DNA of 64,000 nucleotides from an uncultured Chloroflexia bacterium (GCA_963724295.1 CAVRUC010000007.1:448001-512000); one strand, 5' to 3'; counted from the first letter of the stretch, positions 9,961-20,612 are shown. Notes: a model not told the origin generated them from the letters alone. Numbers and translations: made by a program.

Positions 9961-11477
9961 ATGACCGCGTCGCCAGGGCCCCAGATCCCCAATTGGCTCG
10001 AGATGGCGGCGCGCTCCCACCCCGAGAAGCTGGCGCTGGCGTTTGCCGGGCAGCGCTGGACGTTTTCCGATCTACGAGCCTCGGTCGTCGCCGCAGCGGC
10101 GGTGCTCTCCACCGCTCGAGCCGAAAGCGCGGGCCGCATCGGCATCCTGTCCGCCAATCGACCGGGGGTCGTGTTTACGGTTCACGCCGCGACGCGCATG
10201 GCCGTTCCGTTCGTCCCGCTGAACTGGCGACAGACCGCGGTCGAGCTCGCGTGGCAGTTGCGAGATGCCGATATCACCGTTCTGGTCGTCGACGAGGAAC
10301 GAGCGACGGTCGCGAGGACCGCATGCGCCGGCTTGCCTGTCACGATCGTGTCCATCGCGGAGATGGAGCTCGCGGCCGCGCCAGGCGAGGGTTCGAACGA
10401 GCTACCCCGGATCGTTCTCGATCAGGAAGCGGCAGTCATCTACACCTCGGGGACCAGCGGCCGGCCGAAAGGGGCTCGCCTTACCTATGGCAACCTCTGG
10501 TTCGGCGCGATGGCCTCCGCTCTGCACCTCGGTCATCACCCGCGGGATGTCTGGCTGGCGGCCATGCCCCTGTTCCACGTCGGCGGGCTGGCCATCCTCT
10601 TCCGCGGGGTCATCGGCGCGATTCCGGTGATCCTCCACGAGCGTTTCGATCCAGAAAGCGCGCTGGTTGCGATCGACGAGGGCGTGACGCTCCTGTCGGT
10701 CGTCCCGGCCATGCTCCAGCGCATGCTCGAAGCTCGCGGCGAAGCACCCTGGCCAGCGACCCTGCGCTGCGTCTTGCTCGGAGGAAGCGCTGCGCCGCCG
10801 CGACTCGTCGCGGAGAGCGTTCGACGCGGTATTCCGATCGCTCCAACGTACGGACTGACCGAGGGAACGTCACAGGTGACGACGTTGCTTCCCGGGGAGG
10901 TGTCTCGCAAGCCAGCTTCCTCCGGCATGCCGCTGCCACTTAGCGAGGTCCGAATCGCCACGCAGGCAGGAGTCGCGCCTCCCGATGAGGTCGGCGAGAT
11001 CGAAATCCGGGGACCAATCGTCTTTGCTGGATACCTCAGTGACCATTCGCCGGGACCGAGTGATCTCCCCGACGGCTGGTTTCGCACCGGGGACGCGGGC
11101 TACCTCGACAGCGATGGGTATCTCTATGTCGTCGACCGCCGGGACGATTTGATCGTCTCTGGCGGCGAAAACGTCTACCCTGCGGAGATCGAGCGGGTGC
11201 TTCGGCAGCACCCAGCAGTGCTCGACGCCGGAGTGATCGGCGTTCCTGATGCTCGTGGGGGAGCCGCCCGGTGGCCACGGTCGTCTGGCGCGGCGACCTC
11301 GATCGAGCTAACGACGAACTCCTCGACCACTGCCGGCAGCGCCTGCCGAAGTACAAGATTCCGGATCGGTTCCTGTTCCTGTCGGAGCTCCCGAGGTCAC
11401 CCTCCGGGAAGCTCCTTCGCCGCGCCCTGCGCGAGACGATTGCCAAATCGCCGCGGGGAACGGCTGAGGAAACCTGA
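9961..11477 (+). CDS. menE: o-succinylbenzoate-CoA ligase, frameshifted at ~11255
   Basis: YTSGTSGRPKG, TYGLTE, SGGENVYP; the C-terminus (LPKYKIP...LPRSPSGKLLRR) continues in the other frame, ORF 11271-11477. Confidence 0.9.
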
Positions 11478-11482
11478 TCAGT

Positions 11483-12841
11483 TCAATCCTGGACAGCCGT
11501 GAGATCCGCTGCCACGGCGGTCAGGCTTTCGTCCAGGATACGCACCATCTCATCGACCTGGTCTCGATTGACGATCAGCGGCGGCGCGTACAGCAGATGG
11601 TCGCCCGCCACGCCGTCGACCGTCCCCGCGCCTGGATACGAGACCATGCCGCGCGCCAGCGTGGCGCTACCGACTCGCGTCGAGACTCGCCATGCTGGCG
11701 GAAAGGGCGCTTTCGTCGCTCGGTCCCGGACGAGCTCCACGCCAAGCAGGAGTCCCAGCCCCCGCACGTCGCCAATGATCTCGTGCCGACCGGCAAGCGC
11801 GCTCAGCTGCTCCTTGAAGTACTGACCGACGGCCGCCGCGTTCTCGATCAGCCCATGCTCGAGGATGTAGCGGAGCACCGCGACGCCGACGGCACACGAC
11901 GTCGGGTTGCCGGACGCGGTATGCCCGATGACGAAGGAGCCACTGCGGGAACGCACCTCGCCTACGAACTCGGGTTTGGCGAGCACAGCCCCCAGCGGCG
12001 CATAGCCACCGCTGATCCCCTTGGCGCAGACGATCAGATCGGGAATCACACCCCAGTGATCGAGCCCCCAGCGGCGGCCGGTGCGCCCAAACCCGGTCAT
12101 CACCTCGTCGGCGATGAAGAGGACCCCGTAGCGGTCACAGATCTCGCGGATGCGCTGGAAATACCCCGGTGTGGCGGGAACCGCGCCGAGGGTGGCACCC
12201 ACGACCGGCTCGGCGATGAACGCGGCGACATTGTCCGCGCCGACCTGGCGAATGGTGAACTCGAGCTCATCGGCACAGGAGAGATCGCACGAGGGGCAGG
12301 CTCCGTTCGCGCGGCAGCGATAGGGGTTGCAAGGCGAGATGTGCTCGGCTGGCGGCAGGACCGCCGCGAACGGCCGGCGGCGGGCCGCGTTGCCGCCGAA
12401 CCCAAGCGCGGCGATTGTTGCGCCGTGGAACGACGAGCGCCGCCCTATCACCAGGTGGCGAGACCCATCTCCGCGTTCGCGGTGGTACTGGATCGCCATT
12501 TTCACCGCGTTATCGGTCGCCTCGGAGCCGCCGGACACGAACCAGACCTTGCCGAACCCTGCGGGGGCGAACTCCTCGATGATGATGCGAGCGCAGCTCT
12601 CGACGGCGTCGGTCGTGAAGGCGTGTGTCGGTGCGTAGGCAAGCCGCGCGGCCTGCTCGGCGAGGGCGTTGACCACCTCCGGCACGCCGTGACCGATCGC
12701 GGTTACCGCGGCCGACCCGCCACTGGCATCGATGTAGCGATTCCCTTCGGCGTCGTAGAGATAGATCCCCTCGCCGCGCACCAGGGTTGGGTAGGTGCGA
12801 TTCAGGTCGCGATGAATGACGCGCGTGCGTTCAGGATCCAT
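11483..12841 (-). CDS. class III PLP aminotransferase
   Basis: GEGIYLYD, SGGSEA, FIADEVMTGFGRTG, AKGISGGY. Confidence 0.9.
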   Translation of the reverse strand: MDPERTRVIHRDLNRTYPTLVRGEGIYLYDAEGNRYIDASGGSAAVTAIGHGVPEVVNALAEQAARLAYAPTHAFTTDAVESCARIIIEEFAPAGFGKVWFVSGGSEATDNAVKMAIQYHRERGDGSRHLVIGRRSSFHGATIAALGFGGNAARRRPFAAVLPPAEHISPCNPYRCRANGACPSCDLSCADELEFTIRQVGADNVAAFIAEPVVGATLGAVPATPGYFQRIREICDRYGVLFIADEVMTGFGRTGRRWGLDHWGVIPDLIVCAKGISGGYAPLGAVLAKPEFVGEVRSRSGSFVIGHTASGNPTSCAVGVAVLRYILEHGLIENAAAVGQYFKEQLSALAGRHEIIGDVRGLGLLLGVELVRDRATKAPFPPAWRVSTRVGSATLARGMVSYPGAGTVDGVAGDHLLYAPPLIVNRDQVDEMVRILDESLTAVAADLTAVQD

Positions 12842-12853
12842 GAGTCGCCACCC

Positions 12854-13420
12854 TCAAACATCGTCGACGAACAGCGTCATCACCTTGCCCGGTCCCTGCA
12901 CGCCGACGGTGAGCACCCGCTCGATATCCGCCGTGCGGCTGGGTCCGGTGACCAGCGTCGAAAACGCGCCCCCTTGGGCCAGGGAGAGCTCTCGGATCAC
13001 GGGGGCTGCGTCCTCGAGAGTTGCGACGAGCGCGGCCGTGGGACAGATCGTGGCGTGGGCCAGAGTCAGCATGCCGATCGCTCGCTCTTCGAGCGTCGGC
13101 TCGGACAGGAGCACAGAGCCGGTCTCCGCTATAGCGAGACGCCCCATGCTGAGACCGAGTGGAGAATCCCGCGTTTCAGCTGGCGTTGCGGGTGGCAGGA
13201 CACGCAATCCCGTGGCAGCCAGCGCCGTCCCGACGTGCGGCATTCGCTGCGTCACTTCGGAAGCGACGATGACACAGTCTGTCTCCAGCGCTCGCGCCCA
13301 TTCGGCGACCGCCTGTGCCGCGGCCGCGGCCGATGCAACGCGGAGAACCATGACTCCGAGCGGCTCAGCCTTCTCGCGAAACTCGTCGAGTAGCGGCTGG
13401 ACCTCGTCCTCGACGATCAC
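12854..13420 (-). CDS. LUD domain protein (LutC/YkgG-like)
   Basis: AIAETGSV and VTGPSRTADIERVLTVGVQGP motifs. Confidence 0.85.
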   Translation of the reverse strand: MIVEDEVQPLLDEFREKAEPLGVMVLRVASAAAAAQAVAEWARALETDCVIVASEVTQRMPHVGTALAATGLRVLPPATPAETRDSPLGLSMGRLAIAETGSVLLSEPTLEERAIGMLTLAHATICPTAALVATLEDAAPVIRELSLAQGGAFSTLVTGPSRTADIERVLTVGVQGPGKVMTLFVDDV

Positions 13421-13438
13421 GTGCCCGTCCGCCGCCGG

Positions 13439-15047
13439 CTAGAGCATCGCCCCGATGATCCACGGGTTGTACTCTTCCTCGCCGACCCCCGCCAGCTCGC
13501 TCTTGGTGCGTTCGCCCGACGCGACGGCGAGGATCTTGTCGAAGATCTCTTGCCCCAGCTCATCGAGGCTGATGCCGTCGAGGACCTTCCCCGCGTTGAT
13601 GTCCATATCGGGTTCCTGGTTGGCGTAAAGGGTCGAGTTGGTCGCGATCTTGACCGAAGGCGCGGGCTTGAACCCGAACGCCGATCCCCGACCGGTGGTG
13701 AACACGACGATATTGCAACCACCGGCGACCTGCCCTGTCACGGAGACCGGGTCATAGCCAGGTGTATCCATATGGACAAAGCCGCGCTCGGTGACACGCT
13801 CGCCATAGCCGGCGACCTGGTTCAGTGGCGTGCTCCCGGCTTTGGCGATAGCACCCAACGACTTCTCGAAGATCGTCGTCAGCCCGCCCAACTTGTTCCC
13901 CGGGGCCGGGTTGTTGTCAATCGAGGCGCCGAAGAGCGCGGTGTAGTTTTCCCACCAGTGGATACGGTCGATGAGGTCCTGAGCCACTTCGCGCGTTCTT
14001 GGCCCGTCGCGTCAGCAGATGCTCGCCACCGTAGACCTCGGTCGTCTCGCCCAGCACAACCGTGCCGCCCTGGCGAACGACTTCATCGGCGGCGCGACCC
14101 AGACCCGGGTTCGCGGTGACCCCGGACCAGCCATCCGACCCCCCGCACTGCAAAGCGACGACAAGTTCCGAGGCCGGAATCGGCTCCCGCTGAACCTGGT
14201 TCGCCACCGGCAGGATCTGCTTGACGGCGGCGATTCCGGCCTCGACGGTCTTGGCAAAGCCGCCGTCTTGCTGGATCGTGAGCACCGTTGGTTGATGGCC
14301 GTTGCCGAGACCGGTCGACTCGATGAGATCAGTCGGCTGATTGACTTCACAGCCGAGGCTGAGGATGACGTAACCGCCGACATTGGGGTGGTCGACGATA
14401 CCGGCCATCGTCCGCTGCAACACTCCCAGGTCTGACGACCCGTAGTGCGCCCCGCAGCCGCCCTTGGTGCCGAGGGGGATCACACCGTCGACGTTGGGGT
14501 ACGCCTTCATCACTTCCGGGTCTCGGAAGTAGTCGGCCACCTGCCGCGTCGCTGACGACGAGCAGTTCACCGAGGCCAGGATGGCGACGTAATTTCTCGT
14601 CCCGACGCGCCCGTCCTTGCGCCGGTATCCCATGAAGGTGCGGCGCTCGCTCTCGGGTACGTACTCCACGGGCCGGTATTCGGAGCCCGGCGCATAGTCG
14701 AGATCGAGTCCCTCGCCAACAGAAAGGTTGTGGCTGTGCACGTGGTCGCCGGGGGCAATGTCCGTCGTGGCAAATCCGATGATCTGCCCGTACCGCCGAA
14801 CCTCTCCCCCCTGCGCCACCTCCCGCAAGGCGATCTTGTGCCCGGGCGGGATCATCTGGGAAACGCGAACCTCGCCGTCCGCCGTGCGCAGTACGGTTCG
14901 TGGCAACAAAGGTTGCTTGGCGATGGCCACCGCGTCGTGGGGGTCGAGGAGTACCGCGACCTCGGCCAGATCGACCGGGCCAGCCGGCGCCCGCCCCAGC
15001 AGTGTCACGCCTTGACCCTGGGCTCGGGGCGGTTGTGTCGTCGACAT
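13439..15047 (-). CDS. uxaA: UxaA/GarD-family altronate/galactarate dehydratase with SAF domain, frameshifted at ~13996
   Basis: IPPGHKIAL, GDHVHSHN, GRVGTRNY, LQCGGSD in ORF 13917-15047; NPAPGNKLGGLTTIFEKSLG and FTTGRGS in ORF 13439-13987; removing one base joins them. Confidence 0.85.
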
Positions 15048-15200
15048 TGTGAAATCCTTCCAGAGAGCTCCGGCGCGATCGGCGCCTCGAGAATCGAAAC
15101 ATTGTCTATGTACGCGTAAGTCTGCACTAGATCGAGCTCTGGTGACAGCACGCGTCCTCGGGAATGCGATCAGCAGACGACTCGCAGGTCGGTACCTGAC

Positions 15201-15869
15201 TCAGAGGACGCGATACCTGGACCAGACCTCTGACAGGAGGTGTCCCCGGCGCAAGTCTTCGCGCGCTCCGTCCTCCTTGGCCACCTTTTCGAACGCCCGC
15301 GACATCGTCTCTTCGGCCACGTCCTGAGGAATGATGACCACCCCATCGACTTCGGCGAAGACCACGTCGCCTGGGTGGACAACGACTCCGGAAACCTCAA
15401 CCGGCCGCCCGATGCTGATCACGGTGCCACGCCCGGAGATGTCGACGGGCCGCGGTCCCCGCGAGAATACGGGGAAGCCCAGGTCGAGCACCATGCGCGT
15501 ATCGCGGTGACAGCCGTCGGTCAAGAATCCGCGTGCTCCCCGGGCTTTGGCGGCGTTCGAGAAAAGCTCGCCCCAGACCGCGACATTCGTCATCCCGCCG
15601 ACGCCGCTGACCACGACGTCACCCGGCTGCAGAGCGTCGATCGCGGCGATTTGATTCGTGTATGGCTGGTCGACGACTTCGTACTGAGGTCCGACCAGCA
15701 CGGTCGCCGCGCGGCCGACGAGAACCTGGCTGGGATCCGGGTGCGCCGGAACCACTCCCGGCTGGAGTACCTGATTGCGAAAACCCAAGCTGTCGAGAAT
15801 GTCGGAGATGACGGCCACGTAGAGCGTCTCGGCCATAATGTCGAACACTGAGTCGTCCAGCGCCGCCAA
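15201..15869 (-). CDS. RraA/HMG-CHA aldolase family protein
   Basis: AVWGELFS, GFLTDGCHRD, VHPGDVVFAEVDGVVIIP; TTG start after GGAGGA. Confidence 0.82.
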   Translation of the reverse strand: MAALDDSVFDIMAETLYVAVISDILDSLGFRNQVLQPGVVPAHPDPSQVLVGRAATVLVGPQYEVVDQPYTNQIAAIDALQPGDVVVSGVGGMTNVAVWGELFSNAAKARGARGFLTDGCHRDTRMVLDLGFPVFSRGPRPVDISGRGTVISIGRPVEVSGVVVHPGDVVFAEVDGVVIIPQDVAEETMSRAFEKVAKEDGAREDLRRGHLLSEVWSRYRVL

Positions 15870-15919
15870 CGATTTCCTCCGATCGATAGATCGATAGTCC
15901 CTGTATCGCCAGCGAACCG

Positions 15920-16306
15920 CTAGCCGGATACCACGATGATATTGGCGTACGGGACCGTATCTCCGGTGCGGACCGTCGCCCGGGCGTCCTGCGCCAGTCG
16001 CTTGAGCTGCCCGTGGCTCACTCGTTCGAATGGCACCTCTCCCAGCAAGGCTCGCATTTCGGCGACCCGGTCCGGGCTGATCGCGTCCATCTCGTGCGTG
16101 ATCAGCACGCGGTCGAGTGACCACTCGGCGATCACGGCCGCCAGCACATCCAGTACGGTGGGGATATCGTCCACGAGCGCGAGATCGATCCGCTCCGGCC
16201 CCTCAGGGACCGGGAATCCGCGATCGCAAACGGTGAAATAGTCCGTGTGGCCTGTACTCGCCAGGAGGTGACTCAGTGCGGGGTTGAGGACGCCGCCTCG
16301 CTTCAT
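15920..16306 (-). CDS. rbsD: RbsD/FucU family sugar pyranase/mutarotase
   Basis: GHTDYFTVCDRGFP, RIDLAL, VRTGDTVPYANIIV. Confidence 0.85.
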   Translation of the reverse strand: MKRGGVLNPALSHLLASTGHTDYFTVCDRGFPVPEGPERIDLALVDDIPTVLDVLAAVIAEWSLDRVLITHEMDAISPDRVAEMRALLGEVPFERVSHGQLKRLAQDARATVRTGDTVPYANIIVVSG

Positions 16307-16557
16307 GTCGAGTCTCGCCGCGGCGAACGCTCAGGATCGAGTCCGCGCGACAGGTAGTAGCGATTTCGTTGCTCGGACGTGACGCGCGCGCTGAGACTCT
16401 GCGCGGGTCGCTTGAGGTAGAGCAGGTGCTCGCCAGGGTCGCCGCCGATTGCCACGAGCTCCCAACCCTCCGCTCCCAGCTGCGGTAAGCGGGACCGCTC
16501 GGTTTCGGGAACCGTGAGGTACTCCCAGCTGGTCGTCGGCGCGGCTCTCGCCATCAT
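16303..16557 (-). CDS. small hypothetical protein (DUF4177-like)
   Basis: WEYLTV...LGAEGWELVAI...YLKRP pattern; AGGGAG RBS; ATGA overlap with rbsD. Confidence 0.65.
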   Translation of the reverse strand: MMARAAPTTSWEYLTVPETERSRLPQLGAEGWELVAIGGDPGEHLLYLKRPAQSLSARVTSEQRNRYYLSRGLDPERSPRRDST

Positions 16558-16690
16558 GCTCTCCCTTTCAGGCACCGGGCGGCGCAGGTGCGATGAAATG
16601 TGGTTCCTCCATTATGCTTGCATCTCAATCCTGTCGCGCGGGCGGCCTCGATCGAAATCGTGGATGTGGCATGAAGTCGAAGGTGGTGAG

Positions 16691-17863
16691 ATGAGACTCG
16701 CGACCCGAATGCAGCGCCTCGGCACAGAAACGGCGTTCGAAGTCCTGGTCCGCGCGCGGGCGCTGGAAGCGCAGGGCCGGGATGTCATCCACCTGGAGAT
16801 CGGCGAACCCGATTTCGACACACCCGCCAACGTCAGCGAGGCCGGGGTTGCCGCCATCCGCGAGGGTTGGACCCACTATGGTCCCGCGTCGGGGCAACCC
16901 GATCTGCGGCAGACGATTGCCGACTACATCAACCGCTCGCGAGGGACATCGTACGGTCCGGCAAATGTCGTCGTGACGCCGGGCGGCAAGCCGATCATGT
17001 TCTTTCTGATCCTGGCGCTGCTGGAGGAAGGCGACGACGCCATCTTCCCCGATCCGGGATTTCCGATCTACCGCAGCATGATCGACTTCGTCGGCGCGCG
17101 AGCCATCCCGCTGCCGATCCGGGAGGAGCATGACTTTCGGCTCGACGTCAACGAGCTGGCGACACTCATCACGCCGCGAACGAAATTCCTGATCATCAAC
17201 AGCCCGGCGAATCCGACCGGCGGCGTCCTCACCTACGCGGACCTGGAAGCGATTGCCGGGCTCGCCGTGGAGCACGATCTGTTCGTCCTCGCCGACGAGA
17301 TCTACTCGGAGATGATCTACGACGGCGACCATCACTCGATTGCGACGTTCCCTGGACTGCCGGAGCGCACGGCGATTCTCGATGGCTTTTCCAAGACGTA
17401 TGCGATGACCGGCTGGCGGCTGGGCTACGGGGTCATGCCCGAGGATCTTGCCGAGCAGGTCAGCCGTCTCATGGTCAACAGCGTCTCTTGCACGGCTTCT
17501 CTCGTGCAGCGCGCCGGCATCGAGGCGCTAACGGGACCGCAGGATACGGTCCGCGACATGGTGAGCGCGTTTCAGCGGCGCCGGGACCTGATGGTCGAAG
17601 GTCTGAACAGCATCCCCGGTATCTCCTGCCGGGAGCCGGCCGGAGCGTTCTACGTCTTTCCCAACATCACGGGCACCGGTATGCCGAGCAAGGAGTTTGC
17701 CGACCGGCTCCTCGACGAGTTCGGCGTCGCCGCGCTCTCGGGGACCTCATTCGGCCAGCACGGCGAGGGCTACCTGCGCCTCTCGTACGCCAATTCGGAA
17801 GAGAACCTGGCAAAGGCGCTGGACCGCATCGACGCCGCGGCCAGGCAGACGGTCGCCGTTTGA
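16691..17863 (+). CDS. class I/II PLP aminotransferase (aspartate aminotransferase-like)
   Basis: LEIGEPDF, NSPANPTG, DEIY, GFSKTYAMTGWRLG. Confidence 0.92.
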   Translation: MRLATRMQRLGTETAFEVLVRARALEAQGRDVIHLEIGEPDFDTPANVSEAGVAAIREGWTHYGPASGQPDLRQTIADYINRSRGTSYGPANVVVTPGGKPIMFFLILALLEEGDDAIFPDPGFPIYRSMIDFVGARAIPLPIREEHDFRLDVNELATLITPRTKFLIINSPANPTGGVLTYADLEAIAGLAVEHDLFVLADEIYSEMIYDGDHHSIATFPGLPERTAILDGFSKTYAMTGWRLGYGVMPEDLAEQVSRLMVNSVSCTASLVQRAGIEALTGPQDTVRDMVSAFQRRRDLMVEGLNSIPGISCREPAGAFYVFPNITGTGMPSKEFADRLLDEFGVAALSGTSFGQHGEGYLRLSYANSEENLAKALDRIDAAARQTVAV

Positions 17864-17962
17864 CAGGTCAGCGTCCTGCCGAGGTCTCGTTCGACTGCTA
17901 CGAGACGCTCGGCGCCTGTACGTGGAGGTCGCTCGTAACCTAAGTCCAATCAGGCGGCAGGA

Positions 17963-18050
17963 GTGTCATTCCCCGGGACGAGAAATCTCGTCGTTTGTCG
18001 CGGTAGAACGCGGGATGCGAGATTCTTCGCCCGCGGGCTCAGGTTGACAC
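17963..18050. repeat. degenerate REP-like palindromic element
   Basis: GTGTCATT...CGAGAAATCTCG / CGAGATTCTTCG...CTCAGGTTGACAC imperfect inverted repeat between convergent genes, followed by CCTTTTT. Confidence 0.5.
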
Positions 18051-18116
18051 CCTTTTTCCATCTTGTGGCCGCCAGGATGGCAGGTCGATTGCACGCTGCT
18101 CGCGGTGGCAATGCAA

Positions 18117-19091
18117 TCAGATCACCGCAAGCGATTCCTGGGTGCGGTATGTGGCCGAGACACTGGCGCCGGTGTGGATCCGCTGCACGGTCTCGCCCAG
18201 CAAGGATGCCACTGAAAGGATGGTGAGTTTGGGAATGCGCTTTTCCTGCGGTACGGCGATGCTGTTGGTGACGACCACTTCCCTGATGACGCACTCCTGC
18301 AGTCGCTGCACAGCGGGTCCCGAGAGCACGGGATGGATCGCCGACGCGTAGACTTCGGTGGCCCCCGCCTCCAGGCATACATCTGCCGCCTGGGTGATCG
18401 ATCCGGCAGTGTCGATCTCGTCGTCGACGATGATTGCCTGCCTGCCCGCGACCGACCCGATCAGGTTCAGCACCTCGGTGCGGTCCTGGTTCCCGGCGCG
18501 TCGCTTCTCGATGATGGCCAGGGGCGCGTCGACGATCTCCGCGAAGTTGCGAGCGCGCTTGGTGTTGCCCAGGTCGGGTGAGACGACGACCGGGTCGGGC
18601 AGGCGCTTTTGCGCGAAATAGGCTGCCGTCAGCGACATGGCACTCATCTCGTCGACGGGAACGTCAAAGAACCCCTGGATCTGCCCGGCATGAAGATCGA
18701 GCAGGAGGGCGCGGTCGGCTCCCGAGACGCCGACCAGTTTGGCGACCAGCCGCGCCGTGATGGGCACTCGCGGCTGATCCTTCTTGTCGGTGCGGCCGTA
18801 GCCAAAATAGGGAATGACAGCAGTCACCCGTCCCGCCGACGCCCGCTTGATGGTATCGATCATGATCAGCATCTCCATGATCGAATCATTGATCGGAGCA
18901 GAGAACGACTGCACGACAAAGACGTCGTTCTCGCGGACGCTTTCGTTGATCCGTACGAACGTGTTGTCATTCGCAAACTTGAAGACCTCGGCGCGTCCGA
19001 CAGGGATGCCGATGTAGGCGCAGATCTCCCGGGCCAGCTCCGGGTTGGAATTGCCGGCAAAGACGCTGAGCTGATCGTAGTGGCCCGCCAC
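18117..19091 (-). CDS. prs: ribose-phosphate pyrophosphokinase
   Basis: PYFGYGRTDKK, DLHAGQIQGFF, VVSPDLG, IVDDEIDTAGS. Confidence 0.96.
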   Translation of the reverse strand: MAGHYDQLSVFAGNSNPELAREICAYIGIPVGRAEVFKFANDNTFVRINESVRENDVFVVQSFSAPINDSIMEMLIMIDTIKRASAGRVTAVIPYFGYGRTDKKDQPRVPITARLVAKLVGVSGADRALLLDLHAGQIQGFFDVPVDEMSAMSLTAAYFAQKRLPDPVVVSPDLGNTKRARNFAEIVDAPLAIIEKRRAGNQDRTEVLNLIGSVAGRQAIIVDDEIDTAGSITQAADVCLEAGATEVYASAIHPVLSGPAVQRLQECVIREVVVTNSIAVPQEKRIPKLTILSVASLLGETVQRIHTGASVSATYRTQESLAVI

Positions 19092-19192
19092 GTTCCTCTC
19101 TCCTGGCCGGCGCCGGCCCGTACTCCGCGCTGCCTCGCATAGCGGCACTGCACCCTGGGGTCCATCCTACCCTGATTCTCGTCTCCGTCCAT

Positions 19193-20029
19193 TCAGTCCA
19201 CGACGATCGCGGATGGCGAACGCAACCCATCCGGGTCCGCGACCAGCGTGGCCAGGGCGGCCGCTGCCGCGGCTTGCTCCGCTTCCCGTTTTGACGGACC
19301 AACCCCCCGGCCGAGAACGGTTTCGTCAAATCTCGCTTCCACCACGAAGGTGCGAGCGTGATCCGGTCCCTGCGTCGACACGGTTTCGTACTCCGGCGCT
19401 CGGCGGTAGCGCTCTTGCAGCAGCTCCTGGAGGCGGCCCTTCGGGTTGGCGACGCCTTCCGCATTGGCGATGATCTGCGGGGCATCGCGTTCGAGCAAGC
19501 GCAAGAGAAATCTTCTGGCCGCACCGAAACCCCGGTCCAGAGCCACGGCGCCGATGACGGCCTCGAATGCGCCGGCGAGCATGCGGTCCCGGCTCCCCGG
19601 ACCGGGTCGCTCGCCCTGCCCCAGATAGAGGTACGATCCAAGGTCGATCTCCCGCGCCCAGCGCACCAGCGTCTCGGCTCGCACCAGGGCAACCCGCCTG
19701 CGCGTCAACTGCCCTTCATCGGCGTCGGGATCGAGGTTGTACAGATACTCCGCGGCGACGGCGCCCAGGACGGCGTCACCCAGAAACTCGAGCCGCTCGT
19801 TGGTGAGGGCGGCCGGATGCTCAGTCGAGATTCCCGCGCTCGCGACCTCGTGCAAGATCGAGCGATGAGTCAGGGCAGTTCGCAATAAGCCCAGATCCCG
19901 AAAGCGGAAATGCAGCGCCCGCGCCAGTCGCGCCGCGTTGTCCTTGCCCACCGGCCGGGGCAGCTTTTTCCCTGGCTTCGGTCCTTCGGCGCGGGCGGGA
20001 TCCGTATTCCGGCGTTCGGGAGGGTCCAT
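19193..20029 (-). CDS. rnc: ribonuclease III
   Basis: NERLEFLGDAVL signature plus dsRBD NPKGRLQE...GPDHARTF. Confidence 0.96.
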   Translation of the reverse strand: MDPPERRNTDPARAEGPKPGKKLPRPVGKDNAARLARALHFRFRDLGLLRTALTHRSILHEVASAGISTEHPAALTNERLEFLGDAVLGAVAAEYLYNLDPDADEGQLTRRRVALVRAETLVRWAREIDLGSYLYLGQGERPGPGSRDRMLAGAFEAVIGAVALDRGFGAARRFLLRLLERDAPQIIANAEGVANPKGRLQELLQERYRRAPEYETVSTQGPDHARTFVVEARFDETVLGRGVGPSKREAEQAAAAAALATLVADPDGLRSPSAIVVD

Positions 20030-20486
20030 TAGCCACCTGGAATCGACGCCGACCTGGCCAGCGCGGCCGGAAGGTCGATGCCCGCGCTCTGGGCGAGCTG
20101 GTACAGCGCATCCCAGTTGACCGAGATGAAGTAGTCGTAGTGTCCGGGTTCGGTCTCCTCGCTCCGTGACTCGGCGAAGTCGAAGCGCACCAGGTAGGCA
20201 ATCAGAGCATCGGCGATGGCATTTTGCTCTGCGTCACGATCGTCGAGTCGAATCTCATGCCTGGCCGAGCGCCCTGCGCTTCGAACGCGAGGAGGAGTCC
20301 GGTTCGGAACGAGGGGAACATCGCCCGCGCTCGCTCTGCCGCCTCGGAGACAATATGCCGTTTGTCGGCCTCGATCACTGTCGCCGGCTCGTCGGCCGGC
20401 GCATTCAGATCGACGTCTTTCTGGGCGTCGGTGATGGCATAGTCGCGGACAATGAGGTCGAGCAATTCGGCAAATGCATCGGCCAC
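20029..20486 (-). CDS. hypothetical protein upstream of rnc, frameshifted at ~20260
   Basis: VADAFAELLDLIVRDY... (ORF 20202-20531) continues as EIRLDDRDAEQNAIADALIAYLVRF... (ORF 20029-20490); span is one base short of a multiple of 3; stop overlaps the rnc ATG. Confidence 0.6.
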
Positions 20487-20612
20487 GCACACTCTCCCGC
20501 TCCGTGCGCCGCTGGGTGCCACGGGCGGCAAGTACGGCGTCTGCCGATTATACGGTCGCGGGGGCGATGATCCGGGATGGATCGTTGACGCTACGCGCGG
20601 AACGCGCGCAAT

